Of a DNA stretch of 64,000 nt, positions 1 through 9,876 are shown piece by piece; positions within the stretch are counted from its first letter, which is position 1; the number at the start of each line of letters is the position of its first letter. A model generated the notes under the pieces. The model had not been told where the DNA came from. It ran no database searches and was given only the letters and a program-made list of their open reading frames with translations. A program made the translations under genes and the position numbers. The DNA comes from Laetmonice hystrix (Eukaryota). The DNA lies in NCBI GenBank assembly GCA_965235115.1, contig OZ249436.1, positions 37,448,001 to 37,512,000 on the forward strand, read 5' to 3'.

Positions 1-574
1 TCTATGTTTAATATACGTTTGCATGTACATCAGTATACATTGGAGTAAACGTCCACGCCAACCCAAATCAAAACTGAAAATAAATAAATAAATAAAAAGA
101 GCACAAGGAAGCGTGGAACAGTTTGGTTGGTACTAATGTCATCTTTGTGACTTGACGGTACAACCTTTGACTTTCACGAATCGCAGGGCAGGTGGAACAT
201 TGTGACTATTAGCAAACATTGTTTACTGAAGAAGGACAGAAATGGTACGGAAACAAACAGCACATTCTGACACATCAGTACCGTATTAAGTCGTCACTTA
301 ATCTCCATATCTGCCTGCCTCTTGTCATGTAATTAACAACCAAATTAGTACTTGTAAGTCCTGATAATCCCAAGACAAAAACTGACATATCCTAGAGTAA
401 TGCATGTCTCCGGTATGGATTTCTTATCGAATATATTTAATGTAAAACATGTAATATTGTATAAAGGTAAGATATGACTTAAAATCCCTCTCTCTACCAT
501 GAGATTCAAACATTTATCGGATGAGGAACCAGTTGCAATGAGATCAAACAAACTGTGCTTAACCAAATGCGTTT

Positions 575-600
575 ATAAATAAATAAATAAATAAATTAAA
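575..600. repeat. (AAAT)n short repeat; similar runs at about 79-96 and 2370-2385
   Basis: ataaataaataaataaataaattaaa. Confidence 0.75.
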
Positions 601-656
601 ATAAGCAAATAAATACCACAAATATTCTGGATGCTTAGAGAAAAGTGTCTTTTTAT

Positions 657-841
657 ATTGATACCTGTTTGTATTGATACCTGTTTGTATTGATACCTGT
701 TTGTATTGATACCTGTTTATATTGATACCTGTTTGTATTGATACCTGTTTGTATTGATACCTGTTTGTATTGATACCTGTTTATATTGATACCTGTTTGT
801 ATTGATACCTGTTTGTATTGATACCTGTTTATATTGATACC
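657..841. repeat. 16-bp minisatellite ATTGATACCTGTTT(G/A)T, about 11.5 copies
   Basis: Units read directly at 657, 673, 689, 705 ... 817, plus a partial unit at 833. A-variant units start at 705, 769 and 817. Confidence 0.97.
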
Positions 842-1005
842 GAAGCCGGCAGAGAAATCACACACGTCCCCTTCCTGTAACCAATGTTGACACGTGAATG
901 AGTATGTGCCATCGAGAGATCTTTGTGAATACTTCATTGAGATTTTAACCTCACTGTCTTATTGATTTTGATGGGGACAGGGAGCAGGGCGAGACAGAGA
1001 CAGAC

Positions 1006-1008
<3 letters not shown>

Positions 1009-1060
<52 letters not shown>
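1009..1060. repeat. (AG)26 microsatellite with degenerate AGAC/AG flanks (about 991-1110)
   Basis: Pure AG dinucleotide run seen directly. Confidence 0.97.
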
Positions 1061-1063
<3 letters not shown>

Positions 1064-1120
1064 CAGAGAGGAACAGAGAGAGAGAGACTGAGACAGAGAC
1101 AGAGAGGGAAGCACTGCCGC

Positions 1121-1148
1121 AGGTAGATAGGTAGGTAGTTAGGTAGGT
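1121..1148. repeat. Degenerate (TAGG)n tetranucleotide repeat
   Basis: aggtagataggtaggtagttaggtaggt. Confidence 0.7.
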
Positions 1149-3713
1149 TTACATACACATGTACAAGCAGTATATTTACGTTTAGGTTTCGAGTCCGTCA
1201 AGGGGCTGACAGTATGAATGAATGGAGAGGTTTACTCTCGGAAGATGTCATAGGTTTGCAGGGCGCAACTCTCCGTCGACTGCTCGAGTTTAGAAGTAGA
1301 AAGGCCAGGGATATGCTGGAGGCGGAGGTAGTGGTCCTACTGGAGTGGGCGTACTGGAGGGGTTGTTATGAAGATATGTGACAGATGTAGGGGGCATATC
1401 TGCATGACAGTTGACGGCGGTTGGCCGGCCGGCCGGCTGGTGCTGGCAACCTGGTGGCAGCGGCCCGTACTACTACTGGGTGTTGGTGTGTGGGCCTCCA
1501 GTGTGGGGCTGGCCTTATATGTCCATGTGGTGCCGGCCTTGTGGTGCTGGTGGCATGGAGGGCCACATCCACTCCCAGCCGCCGCCACCGCCAGCGGGCG
1601 GTGCCCTCAGTGGAGGTGGTGGCAGCCACCACCGCCACCACCTCTGAGGTGGCGCCGGTGGTGCGGCCAGATGTCAGGCTGGAGGATGAGCTGGGCACAT
1701 GTCATCAGCAGCTGTGAGCCGGGTGGCACGGGGGCCGGTCGGGGCGGCCGACAGGGGCCCTCCAGCGCACCCCATCACCACTCCGGGCGGCCTTATCGCC
1801 ATCACCCCCGATAGGCGCCGAGCCGAAGACACGCGCCCGCCCCCCTCCTGCAGGCCATCGTGCCCGGGTGACCACCCCCAGCACCCAGATCAGATGTCCG
1901 TGCCACGTGCCCCTCATTAAACCAGGCCGCTGCCACAAAGGACGCACCAAGGCCGCCACAGTCACACGCCAAACAAACATGGCCCCAGCCCCGCCCGTCC
2001 TAACGGCGTCCGGACGGCCCAGTTTATATACTCGGGACTTCCAATCCAAACTCTTGGATCAAGCCAGAACTCTCTCATTGACAGTCAATGGGTAGAATTT
2101 TACTTCGCTCTCTGTTATTTCTTCTATCTTTTTTTTGAATATGTTTGGGTGATGAAGGGGCACTTACACGTCTGTTGTAGATAGGACTAATGGACTTTTT
2201 GGTCACGCGTTTTCAACTTTCTTTAAAGCAATGTGGGTCAAATAATTCAGACTCAACTATTATAGTAACGGACACTGTCACATATACAGACTGGGGTCAT
2301 ACCTTAAAACATATACGTTTTTTAAGGGCCTGACCGCCCCTTTCCTATACAGACACAACCAATTTTGACAAATAAATAAATAAATATTACACACAGAAAG
2401 GAGGAACAATTAATCATAAGTATCATCGTAAGTAAGGACTATGCTGTACACAAGTTAAATTACCTTATACAAACATGCAAAATAAAACTTCCATATCTAC
2501 AAAACCATTACAAAATAAATAGCTACCGAACTCGATCTTAGACTAATTACAAAAATAAATCTACTTGCTACAGTTGCATACAACTGATGGCATGGTCCCT
2601 AGATGACAACCTAAACGTGACAGCTACAGGCAATGCAAAGAATACAACTGCGAAAAAAATACCCCTTTTTTTCTCCTGCTAATTCTATTCGAAACACACT
2701 GCCGAACTGAACAGGTTTCTGCCAACGGAGATGCGATCCGTCTGGACAACTATAAACCACAAAAAAGTTCTTTTTTTCTTTCTTCATAGAACGGATTCAT
2801 TGTGTTTAAAATTTCCAGCATCCATTGATGGAGTGAAGGAATTACAAAGAGCCCCTTATCAACAGATCTCACAAGAATGAGAAAACATCTCGATAACGTT
2901 TACAAAGAGTTATTCTTTCCAAAATTCGTACACAGCAGTGGTAGAGTTTTCTTTCTGTTCAAAACGTGAATTTACTAGATATACGTGCTTGTGTGACAAT
3001 CAGCAAAATTTAATACGAATTCGAGAGATGTATATATAGGAAACACCACCTTACAACACTCGTACCCTTATTGCTTGTCTCATCCGTTAGGTCTGACAAT
3101 GGAAACATATTGGCAGCATATATTATGTACATAATCGCCTGCATAATTAAAACATTTATTCCTTTGAGGAATATTCCATATCGTCATCACATGTTTATGT
3201 CACAGTTATTTTCCTGTTCTGTTTTTTAACCAAAGAGCCTTTGTCTCACCAAAGATATAAGAAGAAATACCAAAAGATTCCTTTACAAGCCTGACAATCA
3301 ACAGTGATTTGCATAGTCTAACCATTTGGTGCATGTGAAATTGGGACATATGTAGTCGAACTGAATGGCATGCGACGTCATCCAAAAAAATCTAAAATAA
3401 TCCAAAAATGGGTCGTGGATATAATAGATATATCATTGACCACATAAATACAAATCCTCCACGAACCAAACCTGCTCTTTAAACTTCCAGCGAATATTAA
3501 CGACTGCGCGCATGAAACGTGTCTCTCTAGTAAACAATAGTCCAACTCATTAGCGGACCTTGCTATATATGGTATGTCGTACACTAACATGTTTCAATCA
3601 GATAATTCAGATCATTCATTGGTGAAAACATGTGAACTCGTGTAGACCCGATTTTATTAGTGCACATTACTCTCGGACATCAACAGTTACAACGGCACTC
3701 GAGCCACAGTGCA

Positions 3714-3744
3714 GTTGTCATAGCAACGTTAGTTGCTAGGCAAC
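3714..3744. promoter_or_regulatory. Two tandem RFX X-box motifs
   Basis: GTTGTCATAGCAAC (3714-3727) and GTTGCTAGGCAAC (3732-3744; reverse complement GTTGCCTAGCAAC), separated by GTTA. Both match known RFX consensus forms. Confidence 0.7.
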
Positions 3745-4144
3745 GAGCTGTCAGTAGGGTGAACTGATAGTCTGTAACTGCCTATAAAATGACCTTAGTA
3801 TATGTAACACGTGCTTGAGGCCTTCTAAGTGATATAGTTCTTTTTTCTGCTTGAGGCAATCGCGCTCTTGCTGGCATGGAGCTTGTAAAGAGCAAAGTTG
3901 GGACGTACGTTCGCCTTTAGGTAGAGGACGTAAGTTACTCCGCTCGAGAAACGTTCTGCCTCACCATTCCTTCCTTATAACGGTTACACACTAGTGTTTG
4001 ACACGAGTGACTTCAGTGGAAATGTGCCCGAATTACACACACACACATCATGAAAAAAAGGAACACCAGAAGGTGTCAATTCTGTACAAACAGTCTTCAG
4101 TGACGGTGGCCCTTGGTACTAGTACCTTGGTACAAGACGTATCC

Positions 4145-6479
4145 TGTTGGTACCCAGGTTTTTTTTATTGCCCGTGGAAGTTGGGATTTGACATCGAGTG
4201 CAGGTATTGCCACTACATGATCTACAGGCTCACTAGGAGCTCCCTGCCATATAACACTGAGTTCCTTGCTAGGTGCTACGAGAGAACTTGTAAGTTAAAT
4301 ATGTAAATGGTAAAAGTGTCCAATATATGAATCGTATTAAAGAATACAACATTTACATGTGAAAAGTGTAAGAACTATACATGATATGGTAGTGTGAATG
4401 GCTCCCTGTCTGCGAAAGACCATAATTCTTAATCGTATTACTAGTATATTTTTTGCCTCCTTTGTGGTTTTTTTGTCCCCCTTTGTAGGTAAACACTAAG
4501 AGGTCTGCTTGCGATTTGCATACGTTACCCTGGAGCAGGCTCATTGCATGACATGTACTTTAGACACCTGTATTAGGCCTTTTAATATTCATAGAGCAGC
4601 AACCTCGGCTCTCATGGCAAGAGAGCTATGCAGTATCCTTCCTACAGGAGCTTCCTTACTTTACCAGTCTGCACCCAATCCTTAATCGTTCAGACAGCAT
4701 GAAATAAATTACCTGCATTTAGCACCTGTGACCATCACAATAAATTACAGAATAAGTTAATAAATTAGTCTAAAAAAACCCAAGAACTTTGTACATAATA
4801 AAATTCAGCTATGTGTAACAACACTGTAGCACCAGTAATTGGTATTGCATCCCATATTCACAAGTGGTGTTTGTGTATTTATCCCTAATTCCTCCTTGTA
4901 TAGCTGCATGGACTAGAACTGACAAGTGCCGACATTAAACATCTTAAGCATCTTTGATGAACTGAGGTCACAGCTTCGGAGGTCGTGGTTAAATGAATAC
5001 AATGGAGATTCCTTGACCCTCGTTCTCTTCTTCCCTTCCTCTCTTTCACTTCCCAGATCTTGGGCACCCTAAAATTACTTTTGGTCAAAATATTCTTGCA
5101 GTAATAGAGGCAGACACAAAACTGTGTCCCGTTAGAGCTCAAAACCCGCTTGCACCATCTGCATTTTTTAAAATCTTCTCCACATCAAATTTTTATCCTT
5201 TTTTTGTCTCTCATCTTTTGAAACATCACACCACAACACTATTATGTCTACCATAACCGCTTCTATACACACATCGACATGGCAATAGATGGCTGAGATT
5301 CATGTCCAACTGTCAACAAACTGGTCACACCCAGCCGGCATTAGCCTATGCAATAAATACGATAAATATCGGTTATAAATAAAAGGAATACTCATGGAAG
5401 TCCTACGTTGAAAACCTGAATGATGGTGGGAACACGTCTTTGATCAATTGAAAGCACATTCTCTGTCCTCGAATAATAAATACTAACTGATATTCTCAGT
5501 GGCAACCACCACGACTTCTTCATAAAATCTCTTTGAATATGTATACACCTAACCACTCAATCTTGTAAGTACCGCTACAAACCATTCAATCAAATCTATC
5601 TATACAAAGGAAAAAAACCAATTGGTCCAACAACTAAATGCCCGTGGTTAGACCTGCACAACCAAGGTACCACTTTGGTCTACGCACGTTTTCTTTTCTT
5701 TGCTCTTTTTGAAAACTTGACTGTATTGTTCCCATGTGATCGGTCACTGAAGATCTAAGCACAAGCTATAAACTGGAAACCATGCTGGCAGCAGGTATTC
5801 ATAACCAAAAGAGGGGGAAATTTCTACCCTCTTTCTTTCATGTTTTGATTTTGTACTTTTTTTTATATTAATGGGTCCAACTGCATGAAAGACAATTGTC
5901 ACTCATCACCATCATGATCATGATCACGAGAAGTTGTCACCACAAAGTCCGGCCCCTTCCGCAATCACATAGTGACGTGAATGGGACTCGTTGATAATCT
6001 CAAACACTTGATGGATGCATTCATTGTCTATAGTCTGTGCTCAATGCCGTCAGAGTGAAGGCGCGCTGTACAAACAACAGAATTCTCCCAACAATAGAAT
6101 TGTCCTCCTCTTCATTTTGGATCAAAATGAAATCGAACTTTACCTTTCTGTACATGTAAACTATCTTGACTATAACACTGGGCTCTCCCTCAAAAAAACC
6201 CAAACCACACCGTACAACAATAAAATAATCAAAATGAAGTGAATGTGGCTTTAAAATACTGCCCAACCAGTGCACTTCCATGTGAATGGGAAATTTCAAG
6301 TGTTCAACTTGCAATGTGTATCATGAGGCATACAAAAGGCAACAATTTCTGAGCAGGCTCAGCAGGTTAACATTTGAAAACCGTTTCTTTCATTAAACGA
6401 AGGGCACAAAACGTACCCTGGCGGTCAAAGAGGAAGACAATCCTACCCTGCCACAAACTTTCCTAGGTTCCCGCCCATG
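4145..6479 (-). other. Putative 3' UTR of the basonuclin gene (end uncertain)
   Basis: AT-rich non-coding sequence follows the stop. The first AATAAA I found on the minus strand is at 4169-4164. The end point is an inference only. Confidence 0.3.
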
Positions 6480-9416
6480 TCAAGGAGTGCCGTTCTTGCT
6501 CGGGGACAAATGGCGATGCAGGTTGTCATTCTGGCTGTGTCTGTTGCGCGATTTTCGCGTGGAGAAGATCTTATCGCATCCACTGATGGTGCACCTGTAC
6601 ATCTCCTTCGGGTGCACCTTCTCGTAATGTTCCTTCAGGACCAGGTTGTCGCGAAAGTATTGCCGACAGATGTGACACTTGACCATGCCGTCCGGATCCG
6701 TGTGGCAAGGGTCGTCCTGGCCCTCTGAGTCTCCGTATCCTTCCGTCCCGTCGTGGTTCGCCGGCGAGTCTCCGTTGCTATAGATGTGCGGCGGACTTGA
6801 CGCGTTCGCGTCGCTGACCGAATTGTTCATGTTAGCGTCAGTCCTGGTGCTCATGTTGACGACCAGGTCGCAGTCGTCGCCGTCTTCGTTGTTATAGTGC
6901 ACCTGCTGATTCGTGTAGGTATTGCTGCCTGTGTAGGCGTCGTAAATGCGAGGCAAGAACTCGTCCCGAAGGCTCTGAGTGAGTAGTCCCTTGCTGCTCT
7001 TTCCCTCGCCGTCCGAGGACGACGTCGAAAGCAACTTGCGGTGAAGGTTCAGGTTTGCGCTGTGACGGTCGCGGCTGCGCTTGGACGGGAATGCAGCGTT
7101 GCAGCCTTCTACGGTGCACGTGTGCATCAGCTTGAGGTGCACGTTCTGGTAGTGCGTCTTCACACCGAAGTGGTTCTGGAAGAGCTTTCCACAGGCAGAA
7201 CACTTTCTGGGATTATCCTTGTCCAGGGGGATGTCGCCCATATCAATGAGGTAATCCTTGCCGTTGTGCCCGTTGGTCTGGGACGAAGGTGACGACTCGC
7301 CGCCCGAGTCGAGCGACTCCATGTCAGACGATGCATTTTGCGAAGGTGAGGTCGGCGAAGAGGCCCTACTGTCGGGTGTTTTATCACTGTCCACCAAGGC
7401 ACCCCCCAGAGAATTGGAGTGGTGTTTCACAGGGGAAGGCTCTGCCTCTTTGTCCGTGTCCACCTCCTCTATATCCAGGTTATCTGGCTCTTCGTCATTG
7501 TTGTTATCGTCGTTTTCCTTCTGAGGCACATCATTGCAGACTTCGCGGAGATGAGCTTGAGATATGCTGTCCATCTGCTTAATTGCCTTTTCTTGTATCT
7601 CGTGGAAGCTATTCAAGGGAAGACCCTCAAAGTTTTTTGCCTTGGTGGCTGCCTCATTTTTTGTCACTTCTACAGTTGCGTTCACTCTGTCTTTATCAGT
7701 ACTATCACAATGGCCTGATGCGCATTTGTTTTCCGCCTCATTGTCCTCTGAGGGACCCTCTGGTTCGGGTTCCAAGGACTCCGGCCTACTTGCTCCCTTG
7801 TCCGTTACTTTTGGTACGGTCAGGTTCTGTGGCATGAGGTTCTCCTCCGACCCAGTATCACCAGCTACCACCCCGTCGTCATCACTCATTACATACATCT
7901 CCTCAAGCTGAGCACACCGAGTTGGAACCGCACTCTTTCGCTTCCTTGCACTGCGATGTGCACACCCAGACCCTTGCTCGTGCTTCACTTGAGGTGGCTG
8001 CAGGAACGGTGGTACCCCAGCAACCGAAGTGGGCAAAGGAAGGTCTAATTTGGGCACCTTTACTGGGGAAGGCATCATGAGAGGCAGTCGCGTGGTAGGA
8101 TCGAGGTAGAAGCCCATTTCAGGTGACATCAGCGGTGCGTCATGACCGATCCCCGGTTCTGTCTTGGGAACGACAAGTTTCACCTCGGTGACAAGACCGG
8201 GCGAGAAACTGGAGGGCGCCGGTGGCAGCGACATGGTGGGGGTCGTTGCCATCGTGGTCACTAAGGACATCGGTACGCCCTTATCGTCAAGAAGCGTGGC
8301 TCCGTCAGGAATCTTTCTCTTCTGGTTCGGCATGTGCAGCTTGGGGTTGGGGTTGGCAGAATGCCGGTTACGACTGCGGCGGGAAGAGAACATCATGTTA
8401 CATCCCTCTACCGTACACTTATGCATCTCCTTCAAATGGACGGCTGAGTAATGTATCTTGAGAGCTCCCTTGTCGCAGAATGTCTTATTACAAGCAGTGC
8501 ACAGTACGCGCTTTTTCCCACTTGGTGAAATAAGGGTACTGCCAAAAGCTGGATTGGGTTGCCAGTGCCGTTTCATGGGGTTGGCTGACTTTCTCAAGTG
8601 TTTCACCTTACGGTCACCAAACACTGAGCTACTAGATAAGGCCTTTGTGCTGTAGTTGATGACGCCATCGTTGCTGTCATCCGACGTTTGACTAGTGTTG
8701 TAAGTGAGGTCATCTGAACTGTCCTGTTTGGTGCAGGTCTGAGGAGGGACCTGCGAGGAGGAGGAGGAGGACAGTGTTACTGGAGTGGTCGACGGGGGCG
8801 TTGAGGCGGAGGACGCTCCGATGGACAGGTCCTCTGGTGTTTTGTTATCAGAGGAAGAGAGAGGTAGGCTCTTCTCGCTGCCCGTGGCCGGGCTCACTGT
8901 GGGACTGAGGTGTTCGCGGCGGTAATCGAACGGCTGCATTCCCTGCAGACGTGTGAGAGGGGATGTGTTCAGAGGGGTGGGACTCTGCTGTAACGGGGTG
9001 CTAGTCAGGGGTGTCTCTGTGCCGCTCAGGCTACCCCTGGTAGGCACACTTGTCGGGGAGAAACTGGGCAGAACCGATGAGGGACTCATGATTCTGGTTG
9101 TGACGGGGGTGGAGGTAGGTGGCATCAAGGACGAAGGAGGCGTCGCCGACGGCAAGGAGCGGCCAATTAAATGTCTGGCATCAAATCGCATGAAGCTCGG
9201 TATCCCTATATTGCTTCTTTCAATGAACTTCTTGATTTCTGATTCTGTCTTGGGCGTCTGAATGACAGCTCGTTCACGATTCTCCCGGGTGTCTTGCAGG
9301 ATGATTTCCTGGGCAATGGACTTGGTTTCGCCGAAGCGAAGGAACTGCTGCAGGATGACTTGTTCCTCATCCCGAGTTGCCAACGTCCACTTGTCCAGGA
9401 CACGCCCTGACTGTTC
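6480..9416 (-). CDS. BNC2: Terminal coding exon of a basonuclin/disconnected-family C2H2 zinc-finger transcription factor (three finger pairs)
   Basis: Long open frame (track 6480..9425). It starts EQSGRVLDKWTLATRDEEQVILQQFLRFGETKSI and contains KRVLCTACNKTFCDKGALKIHYSAVHLKEMHKCTVEGCNMMFSSRRSRNRHSANPNPKLH, which I recognise as basonuclin/disco signatures. The acceptor ttttgatatgtttcag|GAA puts the exon start at 9416 and TGA lies at 6482-6480. The symbol names the closest vertebrate family member; BNC1 vs BNC2 orthology is not resolved. Confidence 0.96.
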   Translation of the reverse strand, partial: EQSGRVLDKWTLATRDEEQVILQQFLRFGETKSIAQEIILQDTRENRERAVIQTPKTESEIKKFIERSNIGIPSFMRFDARHLIGRSLPSATPPSSLMPPTSTPVTTRIMSPSSVLPSFSPTSVPTRGSLSGTETPLTSTPLQQSPTPLNTSPLTRLQGMQPFDYRREHLSPTVSPATGSEKSLPLSSSDNKTPEDLSIGASSASTPPSTTPVTLSSSSSSQVPPQTCTKQDSSDDLTYNTSQTSDDSNDGVINYSTKALSSSSVFGDRKVKHLRKSANPMKRHWQPNPAFGSTLISPSGKKRVLCTACNKTFCDKGALKIHYSAVHLKEMHKCTVEGCNMMFSSRRSRNRHSANPNPKLHMPNQKRKIPDGATLLDDKGVPMSLVTTMATTPTMSLPPAPSSFSPGLVTEVKLVVPKTEPGIGHDAPLMSPEMGFYLDPTTRLPLMMPSPVKVPKLDLPLPTSVAGVPPFLQPPQVKHEQGSGCAHRSARKRKSAVPTRCAQLEEMYVMSDDDGVVAGDTGSEENLMPQNLTVPKVTDKGASRPESLEPEPEGPSEDNEAENKCASGHCDSTDKDRVNATVEVTKNEAATKAKNFEGLPLNSFHEIQEKAIKQMDSISQAHLREVCNDVPQKENDDNNNDEEPDNLDIEEVDTDKEAEPSPVKHHSNSLGGALVDSDKTPDSRASSPTSPSQNASSDMESLDSGGESSPSSQTNGHNGKDYLIDMGDIPLDKDNPRKCSACGKLFQNHFGVKTHYQNVHLKLMHTCTVEGCNAAFPSKRSRDRHSANLNLHRKLLSTSSSDGEGKSSKGLLTQSLRDEFLPRIYDAYTGSNTYTNQQVHYNNEDGDDCDLVVNMSTRTDANMNNSVSDANASSPPHIYSNGDSPANHDGTEGYGDSEGQDDPCHTDPDGMVKCHICRQYFRDNLVLKEHYEKVHPKEMYRCTISGCDKIFSTRKSRNRHSQNDNLHRHLSPSKNGTP
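6500..6683 (-). other. Zinc-finger pair 3 (C2H2 x2)
   Basis: CHICRQYFRDNLVLKEHYEKVH and CTISGCDKIFSTRKSRNRHSQNDNLH. Confidence 0.93.
7032..7208 (-). other. Zinc-finger pair 2 (C2H2 x2)
   Basis: CSACGKLFQNHFGVKTHYQNVH and CTVEGCNAAFPSKRSRDRHSANLNLH. Confidence 0.95.
8334..8510 (-). other. Zinc-finger pair 1 (C2H2 x2)
   Basis: CTACNKTFCDKGALKIHYSAVH and CTVEGCNMMFSSRRSRNRHSANPNPKLH. Confidence 0.95.
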
Positions 9417-9824
9417 CTGAAACATATCAAAACGAAGGTCGTGTCAAAACAAAGAACTGAGTAAATGTCAGTTTAGTATATAGAACAAAAACAATAAACC
9501 AAGGGCTTCTGTAATTATACTCACGGATTCCGCTTTAATAAGGCTTTTACAATCTGGTTTCTACAACACCTAAAGAAATACTGGGACCATACACATAAGT
9601 TATTGTCGCTGGGGGAGGGGGATTTATTACCATCAAGAGTATCTGTCCATAAACAAAGGGGGTCTCAACAAAAACTCAACGTTAAAAAATAAACGGGTAG
9701 ACACGCATCAGTGTAATGGTAGGGAATTCTTGCTATGAGCAATGGTTTGACAACTGCTTCCCAATTTTTTGATGGTAGGATCCCAAGTTTTACAGCTGGA
9801 ATCACAAAAGGAGGGACACTGTTA

Positions 9825-9876
9825 TTTACACCACACCGGTTACACCACTGAGGTTACACCACTGAGGTTACACTGA
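9825..9876. repeat. 14-bp tandem repeat GGTTACACCACTGA (2 perfect and 2 partial copies)
   Basis: Perfect units at 9838-9851 and 9852-9865, with degenerate units either side. Confidence 0.85.

Noticed and set aside
653-1158. ORFs with repeats GININRYQYKQVSIQT and poly-SL
   Set aside because: Translations of the 16-bp minisatellite and the (AG)n microsatellite.
6477-9261. Many + strand and alternate-frame ORFs overlapping the large exon (6477..6728, 7041..7292, 7564..7911, 8164..8451, 8953..9261, etc.)
   Set aside because: Antisense or frame shadows of a GC-rich coding exon, with no independent protein similarity.
9417-9425. ATG start for the 981-aa ORF (MFQ)
   Set aside because: MFQ lies in the intron's acceptor (atgtttcag); the protein continues upstream through the 39626-39864 exon.
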